From NCBI GenBank assembly GCA_003140935.1, contig PLLJ01000039.1:12007-76006 (forward strand): a stretch of DNA of 64,000 nucleotides, written 5' to 3'. The DNA comes from Candidatus Omnitrophota bacterium (lineage in GTDB: Bacteria > Omnitrophota > Omnitrophia > Omnitrophales > Aquincolibacteriaceae). Shown here piece after piece: positions 19,091-27,559 of this stretch; the stretch's first letter is position 1, and each line of letters opens with the position of its first letter. A model generated the notes under the pieces. The model was not told the DNA's origin. It saw only the letters and a program-made list of their open reading frames with translations, and made no database searches. The position numbers and the translations under genes are program-made.

Positions 19091-21801
19091 GTTTCTCCTA
19101 CCGTGATATCGACTTTGAGCGGCACCCGGAGCTTATAAGCCCCTTCCATTTCTTGTTTCACAAGCGCCGAAAGCGCGGCGACCTCGTCTAAGGGCGCATC
19201 GAACACCAGCTCGTCGTGCACCTGCATGATCATGAGGCTTTCGTTTTTTTCCTTTTCAAGCTTCCGCTGGATCGCGATCATTGCGATCTTGATCAGGTCC
19301 GCCGCCGATCCCTGGATCGGAGCGTTGATCGCCGAGCGTTCGGCGTACTGACGTAACTGCATGTTGGAGGCGTTGATGTTCGGAAAATAGGATCGCCGAC
19401 CGAGAAGCGTGGTCAAAAACCCGTCTTTTTTAGCTTTTTCCTTTTGCGCGTCCAGAAATTCTTTCACCTTAGCGTAGCGCGTGAAGTAATTCTTAATGAA
19501 CTGATCCGCCTCCGAGATCGGCATGTTCAGGTCCTGTGAGAGCCCGTAGCTCGTCTTGCCGTACACGATGCTGAAGTTGATGGTCTTTGCGGCATTCCGC
19601 ATCTCGCGCGTCACCTCCTTCTCCTTAACGCCATAAAGCAACGTAGCCGTGAACGTGTGGATGTCCCGATCCTCTTCGAACGCCCGGGTCAGATTCGGGT
19701 CCCCGGAAAAATGCGCGAGCACTCTTAGCTCGATTTGCGAATAATCCGCGGAAAGGATCTTCCCTTTTCCTTTGGGCCGAGGCCTCGCCACAAAGGCCTT
19801 CCGGATCAGCCGGCCCATCTCGGTCTTGATCGGAATATTTTGAAGATTCGGTTCCGAGCTCGAGAGCCGCCCCGTATCCGTGGTCGTCTGATTGAACGAG
19901 GTGTGAATGCAATGCGTTTGGGTGTTCACCATCTCCGGTAACGCGTCCAGGTAAGTGGACTTCAATTTCGCGCGCTCCCGGTATTCCAGGATCTTTCGCG
20001 GCAACTCATGCGAAAGGGCCAGCTTTTCAAGCACGCTCGCGTCGGTTGAATATCCGGTCTTGATCTTTTTAAAGGCCGGCAATTTTTTCTGGACGAATAA
20101 TACATCCGCAAGTTGTTTCGGCGAATCCAGATTGAATTCCGTTCCGGCGTCCGCGTGAATGTCCTTCACGAGGGCATCGACCTCCTTCGCGGCTTTTTCC
20201 GAAAGTTCTTTAAGGAACTTTAGGTCCAGCGCCACGCCGTTCATCTCGATCTGCGCCAATACCCCGGACAAAGGCAGTTCGACCTTTTCGTAAAGCTCGG
20301 TAAGCCGAAGCTCTTCCAGCTTCTTTTTCAGGACCGGCGCAAGCCGCATCACGCAATCGGCGTCTTCGCAGGCGTAGGCCGTGATCTGCTCAAGCGGAAC
20401 GGCGTCCATGGTGATGCTTTTTTTCCCCGTTCCGATGAGACTTTCGGTTGTGATCTTTTGCACATTCAAATATTCAAGCGAGATATCGTCGAGATTGTGG
20501 TTCCGTTTGACGGGATCGATCAAATAACTTGCGATCATGGTGTCGAAGGCGACGCCGCAAAGACAAGCCCCGTGGCGCGTCATCACGATCTCGTCATATT
20601 TGATATTCTGCCCGTATTTAACGATTTTACCGTCCTCGAGTACCGGCTTTACAGTATCCAAAACCTGCGCAAGAGGCAGTCCCGGACCTTGGTGTGCCCG
20701 TGAAGACACGGGTATGTAATAGGCGGTAAAGGGCTCCCAACAGAAGCTCATGCCGACCAGGGCGGCCTTCATGGGGTCGGTCGAGGTCGTTTCAGTGTCG
20801 AAGCTAACGGCTTTCGTTTTTTTAAGATCCCTTGTAAAATCTTCGAGCTCTCGGAGCGTTTCGATCGCTTTGTATTTCCGCTCCTTTGTCTCTTGCTTCT
20901 CTTGCCCCACGACGCTTTTGAGGAGTCCCCGGAACTCATACCGTTTATAAAATTCCATCAGAGCCGCGGTCTGCGGCTCGGCCACGCGCAAAGCGTCCCA
21001 ATCGATCTCAAGCATCACATCCGTATCGATCGTCGCAAGCATTTGGGATAATTTCAAGTCTTCCATGTTTTCTTGGATCTTCTGTCTTTGTTTTTCCGAA
21101 GGAACTTCTTCCAGCCTTTCAAGGAGACCGCTCACGGAACCGAATTCCTGGATGAGTTTGATGGCGGTTTTTTCACCGATCCCCGGCACGCCCGGGATAT
21201 TGTCCGAGGCATCCCCCATGAGAGCGAGAATATCCACGACTTTATCGGGTCCGAGCCCGCTAAAACGTTCACGGACCTTTGCGGCGTCATAGATCAGATT
21301 TTCTTTGTGGGGCTGAAGGATCTTGACCTGCTCATCGACCAGTTGGAAGGCGTCTTTATCCCCGGTAATGATAAAAACCTGATAACCTTCTTTTTTCCCC
21401 CGCCTTGCCAAGGTCCCTATCACGTCATCCGCTTCGTACCCCGCTTTTTCAAAGATCGTTAGGTTTGAGACCCGGCAAAACTCCTTGATAGGTTCGATTT
21501 GTTTCACGAGCTCTTCGGGCATGGGTTTGCGGTGCGCCTTGTATTCCTTGTATTGTTCATGCCGGAACGTCGGTTCTTTCCGGTCAAAGCACATAGCAAT
21601 ATAGTCCGGTCTCTGCTCTTCCATGAGCCTGCGCATCATGGTGACGAATCCATAAATGGCGTTGGTCGGCTCGCCCTTGGAATTCGTCAGGTTCGGGATC
21701 GCGTAAAAAGCCCGGTAACAGAAGGAATTGCCATCCACTAGAAACAGTTTTTTCTTTAGAGAATTTCCCGACGGGATCTGCTTTGTCATTTTGAGGTTCA
21801 A
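19075..21801 (-). CDS. polA: DNA polymerase I
   Basis: 5'-3' exonuclease (YEADD, GDASDNIPGV), 3'-5' exonuclease (FDTET), polymerase motifs (ADYSQIELR, KTINF..YG, VHDE). Start may be ATG 21789. Confidence 0.98.
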   Translation of the reverse strand: MNLKMTKQIPSGNSLKKKLFLVDGNSFCYRAFYAIPNLTNSKGEPTNAIYGFVTMMRRLMEEQRPDYIAMCFDRKEPTFRHEQYKEYKAHRKPMPEELVKQIEPIKEFCRVSNLTIFEKAGYEADDVIGTLARRGKKEGYQVFIITGDKDAFQLVDEQVKILQPHKENLIYDAAKVRERFSGLGPDKVVDILALMGDASDNIPGVPGIGEKTAIKLIQEFGSVSGLLERLEEVPSEKQRQKIQENMEDLKLSQMLATIDTDVMLEIDWDALRVAEPQTAALMEFYKRYEFRGLLKSVVGQEKQETKERKYKAIETLRELEDFTRDLKKTKAVSFDTETTSTDPMKAALVGMSFCWEPFTAYYIPVSSRAHQGPGLPLAQVLDTVKPVLEDGKIVKYGQNIKYDEIVMTRHGACLCGVAFDTMIASYLIDPVKRNHNLDDISLEYLNVQKITTESLIGTGKKSITMDAVPLEQITAYACEDADCVMRLAPVLKKKLEELRLTELYEKVELPLSGVLAQIEMNGVALDLKFLKELSEKAAKEVDALVKDIHADAGTEFNLDSPKQLADVLFVQKKLPAFKKIKTGYSTDASVLEKLALSHELPRKILEYRERAKLKSTYLDALPEMVNTQTHCIHTSFNQTTTDTGRLSSSEPNLQNIPIKTEMGRLIRKAFVARPRPKGKGKILSADYSQIELRVLAHFSGDPNLTRAFEEDRDIHTFTATLLYGVKEKEVTREMRNAAKTINFSIVYGKTSYGLSQDLNMPISEADQFIKNYFTRYAKVKEFLDAQKEKAKKDGFLTTLLGRRSYFPNINASNMQLRQYAERSAINAPIQGSAADLIKIAMIAIQRKLEKEKNESLMIMQVHDELVFDAPLDEVAALSALVKQEMEGAYKLRVPLKVDITVGETWYKN

Positions 21802-21802
21802 T

Positions 21803-21977
21803 TGAGACCGGGTCTTCGGGTCCTAGGTTCGATTTTCCTGAAAAATACGCGGAAATAGCTGAAAGTGGCGATTAAGACTCTGGGAATAAATTCGAACTGG
21901 ATCTCTTTTGCGTGGAATTTCTCCAAGCCCCGTCTTAACTGAACGCTTTTGGGACCTACCCTCCCTGCTCGAAGGCG
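21803..21977 (-). ncRNA. Candidate structured RNA (6S-RNA-like or polA leader)
   Basis: ~175-nt non-coding segment behind a sigma70-like promoter, with nested complementary pairs (GGTCC/GGACC, GTTC/GAAC, TTAAGAC/GTCTTAA, TGGA/TCCA). Confidence 0.35.
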
Positions 21978-21982
21978 GGCAT

Positions 21983-22011
21983 AGGATACCCATGCCTCCC
22001 TGTCGGGTCAA
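21983..22011 (-). promoter_or_regulatory. Sigma70-type promoter
   Basis: TTGACC-17 nt-TATCCT on the minus strand, just downstream of the pilT stop. Confidence 0.5.
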
Positions 22012-22018
22012 GTTTTAT

Positions 22019-23104
22019 TTATCTTCCTTTGCTTTTGCTTCCGGGCTGGTTTTTGGAAAGCTGAAGACCGAGTTCGCGGGAATCAACGGCAACTTCAAGG
22101 GCGGCTTCATAGCTAATAATGCCCTGGGTATAGAGTTGTTTGAGGTAATCGTCCATCATGATCATGCCGTGGCGCGACCCGGTTTGAAGTTCGGAAAGAA
22201 TCTGATAGGTTTTGCCTTCGCGAATGAGGTTGCGGATGGCCGGCGTTGCGAACATAACCTCGAATGCCGCCACGCGCCCCTTTCCGTCCAAGCGAGGCAC
22301 AAGCACTTGTGAGATCACGGCAACGATCGTGGAGGCGAGTTGCACGCGGACAAGCGGCTGTTGATAGGCGGGGAAAACATCGATGATGCGGTCCACCGTT
22401 CGCGCGGCGCCCGTCGTGTGCAGCGTGGAGAATACTAAATGGCCTGTTTCAGCGGCGCGAATGGCGGTTTCCATGGTCGCCAGGTCGCGCATCTCTCCGA
22501 TCAGAATGACGTCCGGATCCTGACGCAGAGATTTCACAATGGCTTCTGCAAAGCTCGGAACGTCCTCCCCAACTTCCCGCTGGGTGACCACGCACTTTTT
22601 GTGATGGTGCATGAACTCGACCGGATCTTCGGCGGTAATGATATGTTTGGGGAAGTTTTCGTTAATATAATTGAGCATGGTCGCGAGCGAGGTCGTTTTA
22701 CCGCAACCGGTGGGGCCCGTCACAAGCACTAGACCGCGCGGAAGGCTTACCGTCTCGATCAGTTGCGGTGGCAATCCGATCTCCTCAAAGCTGTAAAACT
22801 TTGAGGGAAGGAGCCGCAATACAAGCGAGTACTTACCCTGCTGTTTAAAGCAAGAGACGCGAAAACGCGCCTTTTCCTGGAACGAAAACCCGAAATCGAT
22901 GCCTCCGACCTCTTCGATCTTTTTGCGCTGGACTTCGGTCGTGATCTCTTTGGTCAAGGCTTCCGTATCCTGTTGGGTCAGTGCTTTCTCGCCGACCGAG
23001 ACCAGGGACCCGACCAAGCGGTAGGTCACCGGCCGGCCTACGGTGAGATGAATGTCCGAAGCCTCTTTTTCGACCGCTCCTAACAGAATGTTTTCGATGG
23101 CCAT
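22019..23104 (-). CDS. pilT: PilT/PilU-family type IV pilus retraction ATPase
   Basis: ASDIHL, GPTGCGKTT, EDPVE, LRQDPDVILIGEMRD, ETGHLVFSTLHT, AIRNLIRE. ATG 23104 with AAGGAG RBS. Confidence 0.93.
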   Translation of the reverse strand: MAIENILLGAVEKEASDIHLTVGRPVTYRLVGSLVSVGEKALTQQDTEALTKEITTEVQRKKIEEVGGIDFGFSFQEKARFRVSCFKQQGKYSLVLRLLPSKFYSFEEIGLPPQLIETVSLPRGLVLVTGPTGCGKTTSLATMLNYINENFPKHIITAEDPVEFMHHHKKCVVTQREVGEDVPSFAEAIVKSLRQDPDVILIGEMRDLATMETAIRAAETGHLVFSTLHTTGAARTVDRIIDVFPAYQQPLVRVQLASTIVAVISQVLVPRLDGKGRVAAFEVMFATPAIRNLIREGKTYQILSELQTGSRHGMIMMDDYLKQLYTQGIISYEAALEVAVDSRELGLQLSKNQPGSKSKGR

Positions 23105-23309
23105 GAGAAAGCTCCTTTGTCTCGTGAGAGATGGAAAGCGTTTTTTCAGAAACGCTTCCACGTTTTCCGTGTTTAAAATTTATTTCAAAGCTTTTTTAAC
23201 TGGCCCCGCATTGCCTGAGTATTATCTCATTAATCCCTAACGGGGTGAAAACAAATTCGTTGAAATAAATTTTTTCTTCTCGCTATTGTCGGCTTCACAA
23301 GTAAAAATC

Positions 23310-23816
23310 TTAAAAAGCCGGGTTCCAAAGGCCCCATAAGACCATAGAGATCAATCCGGCCAAAAGACACAGGCTTGGCCATCCCTTTATGGAGGCCGGC
23401 ATGGGCGAAAAAAGAAATCTGTATCTTAAGCCCAGGAGACAGGTTTGAAAAAGCGCTATCCCCGCACTGATGACCCCGGCCAGCAGGATGCCTTGCGAAA
23501 GATCGGGCCGTTTTAAACTGATTATAAAAACGCTCGCTATCACGGAAAGAAAGAAGACATCCGTTTTTTTCTGATAGCGCGAAAGCAGATAGGCCGCTAC
23601 CCCAAAACCCAGGATCGCGTATTCCCGGACGCTTGCCCGGATTTCTTCGAAATCTGCGGCAAGCGCGAAAAGCGCGAGGATCAAACTTGTTGTAAGAAAA
23701 AGATCCACGGCTTCGCGAACAATGCGCCTGAGACCCTCACTGGGTCTTTGCAGAGGCGCAGGCCTCGCGCCACGCATCGCCAGCAGAAAACCAAAGGTGA
23801 TGATCAAAAAATACAT
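23310..23816 (-). CDS. Highly divergent RnfA-like membrane protein
   Basis: Hydrophobic. The C-terminus GLRYRF..SPMPASIKGWPSLCLLAGLISMVLWG matches the RnfA tail pattern (GIRERL…VPxPFxGxPIALITAGLMS). The N-terminal GLCP motif is absent. Confidence 0.6.
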   Translation of the reverse strand: MYFLIITFGFLLAMRGARPAPLQRPSEGLRRIVREAVDLFLTTSLILALFALAADFEEIRASVREYAILGFGVAAYLLSRYQKKTDVFFLSVIASVFIISLKRPDLSQGILLAGVISAGIALFQTCLLGLRYRFLFSPMPASIKGWPSLCLLAGLISMVLWGLWNPAF

Positions 23817-23817
23817 T

Positions 23818-24345
23818 TTATCCTTTCCTGCGATAGGGTTGATTTTTCCATAAAAAAGCAAGGGCCGCGGCCACAAGCAACATGCCGGCCGGCTGTTCGA
23901 ACGCTTTTATTCCCAGACTGTTTTCCCCGATCTCCCGGACAAACGTCAACAGCATCACGAAACCCGCAAAGCCGACTCCTGTCAGGACTCTTTCAAAAAA
24001 ATATCGCGGCACTTTTTTGGAAAAAACGCGGACATGGCTAGCTTTTGCCGTATCATCGAGAAAAGAAACCGGGGTCAAAAAGAAAACGCTCACGATCCAG
24101 TAGGGCGGCAGCTTCGTGAGCATCCACATGGCTTGCGCCCACACGATAAGCCAGAGGAAAAAAGCGTGTTTCAGAGAACGATCGGGGAAAAGGCGTCGTG
24201 TGAACCAGAAAAAAAAGATCGTGCCCCAAAGAAACATGACGATCCAGATCGCTGCAACGCCGGCCTTGAAAAAACCATAGGGATAGACCATGAACGGAAG
24301 ATAGGCTAAAAACATTCTCGAGAATAGCCTTTCAGGTAGTTTCAT
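23818..24345 (-). CDS. Highly divergent RnfE-like membrane protein (no Cys)
   Basis: RRLFPDR, GVGFAGFVMLLTFVREIG and QPAGMLL match RnfE (RxxIP; GxGFxxxLxxLGxxREI; PPGAF). The protein contains no cysteine. Confidence 0.62.
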   Translation of the reverse strand: MKLPERLFSRMFLAYLPFMVYPYGFFKAGVAAIWIVMFLWGTIFFFWFTRRLFPDRSLKHAFFLWLIVWAQAMWMLTKLPPYWIVSVFFLTPVSFLDDTAKASHVRVFSKKVPRYFFERVLTGVGFAGFVMLLTFVREIGENSLGIKAFEQPAGMLLVAAALAFLWKNQPYRRKG

Positions 24346-24367
24346 TCGGACCAGGATCCCATGTTTT

Positions 24368-24478
24368 TTACCCTCTCAGCAGCCGCGCCGCGTAAAGAAT
24401 GGCGACAAGCAGCCCCAGAAAAAACACAAAGAACAGATATTTCAATCCTAGGATTGTCCAAGTTTTTATTTTTTTCAT
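24368..24478 (-). CDS. 36-aa single-TM peptide at the rnfG position (RnfG membrane-anchor remnant)
   Basis: ATG 2 nt after the rnfD-like stop, MKKIKTWTILGLKYLFFVFFLGLLVAILYAARLLRG*. It fills the D-E gap and is below the ORF-track cutoff. Confidence 0.55.
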   Translation of the reverse strand: MKKIKTWTILGLKYLFFVFFLGLLVAILYAARLLRG

Positions 24479-24480
24479 GC

Positions 24481-25338
24481 TCATGTCGAATAAGTCACTT
24501 TAAGGGAATGTTTCGCCTTGTAGGGGATGGGTTTGAGCCAGACATCCAGCCAAGGCGTCAAAAGATTCATCAAAAGAACGGCATATCCCACCGAACGGAT
24601 TGAGAATCCCTCCGGGCTGAGCCTCGAGCTTAAAATCGCCGCGCCCAGAACGAAAAGGGCTGTCCCCTTGCGGGTCAAGGGCAGGGTCACAGGATCCGCT
24701 AAGAGAAAAAAGGACGTCAAAAGAACACCGCTAAAAAAGGCGGCTGGCGTCCCTTGTCCTCCGAACAAAACTTCGCAAATAAAGCAGACGGACATGAAAA
24801 AGATTGGCGTTTCCCAATAACCCTGTTTTTGTTTGAGAAGAATGATCCCGCCGAGACCAAAGCTGGCGAGCGTCCAGACGCTGCCGCCGCCAACCAGAAG
24901 CATCGGTTCCGACATAACTTTCGGGAAGCAGAGCTGTAAAAATATACGCGCCAAAAAAAGCGGGTGCAAAGGGTAAGATCCTGCTCCGCCCAAAAGCTCT
25001 TTGGCGGCAAAAACCACCATAAAAACACCAAGCACCACAACTTCGGAGGGACATCTCGAAGGCATGAGCAGTGAAAAGAGGGCCGCGGCAAGCACGGCTT
25101 CACCGTTTTTCAAATTTTCTTTTTTACGAAAAAGTTTTGCTGCCAGGAATTCGAATGCGGTCGTACTCACCAGGCAGATTAAGAAAACGCGCAGAATTTC
25201 CGCGGGGCCCATGAGACAGGCTGTCACAAAAACGGGCACGAGTGCGATCAATTGCCCCCAATACCGTTTGGCTAAAGAATCCGCGGAATGAACATGCGGC
25301 GGCAAAGCCGTTCTATAAAATGTCTTCGCTTCAGTCAC
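24481..25338 (-). CDS. Divergent RnfD/NqrB-like membrane protein
   Basis: PPHVH, AKELLGGAG…HP, FFLLADPVTLP.T.KG, YAVLLMNLLTPWLD. Lacks the [ST]GAT FMN-attachment loop. Confidence 0.8.
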   Translation of the reverse strand: MTEAKTFYRTALPPHVHSADSLAKRYWGQLIALVPVFVTACLMGPAEILRVFLICLVSTTAFEFLAAKLFRKKENLKNGEAVLAAALFSLLMPSRCPSEVVVLGVFMVVFAAKELLGGAGSYPLHPLFLARIFLQLCFPKVMSEPMLLVGGGSVWTLASFGLGGIILLKQKQGYWETPIFFMSVCFICEVLFGGQGTPAAFFSGVLLTSFFLLADPVTLPLTRKGTALFVLGAAILSSRLSPEGFSIRSVGYAVLLMNLLTPWLDVWLKPIPYKAKHSLKVTYST

Positions 25339-26704
25339 GGGTCACCGCCGGATCCGAAAGAGCGCGGGCTGAGCGGATCAGTCTCAGCATCGGCCGTTTG
25401 GAGGGGCATATATAGGCGCAATTGCCGCATTCGATGCACTCCCCGACATTCCATTCTTTCGCAACGGCAAATTCTTTTTGTTCCGCGGCCAACGTGATCA
25501 TCGCGGGCGAAAGCATAACGGGGCAATGATCCACGCAAAGGTTGCAACGAATACAAGGCTCCTCCGTTTCTTCTTTTGAGATCTCTTCGGGAAGCGCGAG
25601 AATGGCGTTCGTCCCGGCCGTCACGGGAACCTCCGTCGTCACTTGCGCCGTCCCGGCCATGGGTCCCCCCATCAGGATCCTCTGGGGTTCGCGCATGACC
25701 CCTTTGCAGGCGTGGATCGCATCGTGGAAAGAAATTCCGACCGGCAGCCAAAGGTTCCTCGGCTCGACCACGCATTCACCGCCTACGGTCACGACCCTTT
25801 CGTAAAAAGGTTTCTGCTGCGCCACCGCTTCATAAACCGCGAACGCGGTGGACGCCGGAAAAACGACGGCCTCGTTTTCCTCTCCCGGAAACCATGCCTG
25901 AAGCAGCGTGCTTTCCAGCCCTTGGGGATAGAGTGCGGGCACGGTCCGGACCTCTACGTGCTCCCACTTCAGAAAATAGATCTTGCTCTTGATCAGTTCG
26001 ATCATCTCGAGATTGCAATCCTCGAGCGCAAAAAAGATCTTTTCGGCGTCGAGGGCTTTTTTGAGCAATTCGGCGCCTTTTAAAATTTCCAAGGAGTGAG
26101 ACATGATGAGCACTTGTTCGCAGGTGACATAAGGTTCGGGCTCACAACCGTTGATAATGACCGTTCGTGCTCCGGCATATCGCCTAAGCTTAATGTGAAC
26201 GGGTTCCATGACCGGGTCCGTCGTTACAAGCCCGGCATGCTGGAGAATCCCCGGCAGTTCTTCTGCCGGGATCTCTTCCCATCCTTTGTGTGTTTCCACC
26301 AAAGGAAGGGTTTTAGGTTCCCTGTGTTTATGAATTTCGATCATCCTCTTTTCCGAGCTCGTCACACTCGGAAAAACCGCGATCTTCTCCACCGTGCCTG
26401 GCATGCCAGCATGAAGGCTCACGCCTTCCGGCCCTTGAGCCTCCGCGATCTTTTGTCCGGTTTGAACCGTCTGGCCGATCTTGACGCACGGCTTTGAAAA
26501 GTCCGGAATGGGAATGCGTATTTTTTCGGGCGGGTAAGGCCGTTTAAGATTGCAATTCAGCAAACTTGCGTCTTTTTTTCTTTCGAGCCGGATGCCGATG
26601 GCTTTCCGTTCAGGCTTCTTATTTCTTTTTTTGAACGGCGGCTTGGGTGATCCTGATTTCAACTTTGTTGAAATGGATGATAAGGAAGGGGACCGTTTGG
26701 ACAA
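25331..26704 (-). CDS. Divergent RnfC-like Fe-S protein
   Basis: VKIGQTV..GQKIA, INGCEPEPY, YPQG, ERVVTV.G, MGGPM, and two ferredoxin motifs CIRCNLCVDHCP and CIECGNCAYICP. Confidence 0.85.
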   Translation of the reverse strand: MSKRSPSLSSISTKLKSGSPKPPFKKRNKKPERKAIGIRLERKKDASLLNCNLKRPYPPEKIRIPIPDFSKPCVKIGQTVQTGQKIAEAQGPEGVSLHAGMPGTVEKIAVFPSVTSSEKRMIEIHKHREPKTLPLVETHKGWEEIPAEELPGILQHAGLVTTDPVMEPVHIKLRRYAGARTVIINGCEPEPYVTCEQVLIMSHSLEILKGAELLKKALDAEKIFFALEDCNLEMIELIKSKIYFLKWEHVEVRTVPALYPQGLESTLLQAWFPGEENEAVVFPASTAFAVYEAVAQQKPFYERVVTVGGECVVEPRNLWLPVGISFHDAIHACKGVMREPQRILMGGPMAGTAQVTTEVPVTAGTNAILALPEEISKEETEEPCIRCNLCVDHCPVMLSPAMITLAAEQKEFAVAKEWNVGECIECGNCAYICPSKRPMLRLIRSARALSDPAVTRD

Positions 26705-26721
26705 GAAGGGTTCCTTTCGGG

Positions 26722-27537
26722 CTATGGAGAAGGGGTGGCGCCGACAAAATTTCCTGCGATTTTGTCGATCCGGATGCGCTCCTGAAAAATCTCTTTGAGC
26801 TTTCCAAATTGGCAGCTGTCCATGTTGAGCCCCTCAATATTAGGCAGACTGCCAAGGATCGGCACTCCGGAAAGGTCGTGAATGACTTTCGGATTGGTGA
26901 GTTCGGCCAGCGAGTAATTCGTTACGGAAACGCGGTTAAAGATAACGCCGCGCACTTCCAGCCCCCGGATCGTGGCCGCATCCACGGTAAGCAATGTGTG
27001 ATTGATCGCGCCAAGCCCCGCGTACGACACGATCACGATGGGCAACCCCATATCGCGAATGAGATTGGCTACATAATAATCTTTCTTGAGAGGGACCATA
27101 AGCCCCCCCACGCCTTCGACGATCATAAAATCATAGTGTTTTTGAAGCGAGCGGAAACTTTTAAGAATCTTAGGAACATCCACTTCTCTTTTTTCAAGCG
27201 TGGCCGCGACGTTCGGTGAAAGAGCATTGCGAAAACGCGACGGGCTCGTAAGCGGCGGGTATTCGTTCTGGGCGGCCTCCATCAAGAAAGCCGCGTCTTG
27301 TGAAACAAGCCGCCCGTCGCCGCCATAACAGCCGGTCGCCACGGGTTTCATCACGCCGACCTTCATCCCCCGGTCCCGGAGGACAAGTGCCAGCCCGGCG
27401 GAAATCACTGTTTTGCCGACGTCTGTGTCCGTCCCGGTAATAAAAATCCCGGTTTTCATGGTTTCCTCTGGAAACCGGATAACGGATGGGGGGCGGAACA
27501 TGGCGTAAAGCCGCTTTTTCCATTCCCTGTCCACCAT
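26722..27537 (-). CDS. bioD: Dethiobiotin synthase
   Basis: FITGTDTDVGKT, MKPVATG, VEGVGG, LGAINH. Start may be ATG 27459. Confidence 0.95.
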   Translation of the reverse strand: MVDREWKKRLYAMFRPPSVIRFPEETMKTGIFITGTDTDVGKTVISAGLALVLRDRGMKVGVMKPVATGCYGGDGRLVSQDAAFLMEAAQNEYPPLTSPSRFRNALSPNVAATLEKREVDVPKILKSFRSLQKHYDFMIVEGVGGLMVPLKKDYYVANLIRDMGLPIVIVSYAGLGAINHTLLTVDAATIRGLEVRGVIFNRVSVTNYSLAELTNPKVIHDLSGVPILGSLPNIEGLNMDSCQFGKLKEIFQERIRIDKIAGNFVGATPSP

Positions 27538-27559
27538 CCTTTATTCGTAACTTTTCTAT

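Noticed and set aside
21823-22011. 62-aa minus-strand ORF between pilT and polA
   Set aside because: It starts at the putative -35 hexamer with no RBS or protein features. The region is better explained as a promoter plus structured RNA.
22019-23104. Type IV pilus locus
   Set aside because: Only a lone pilT is present. Dispersed pilT paralogues are common.
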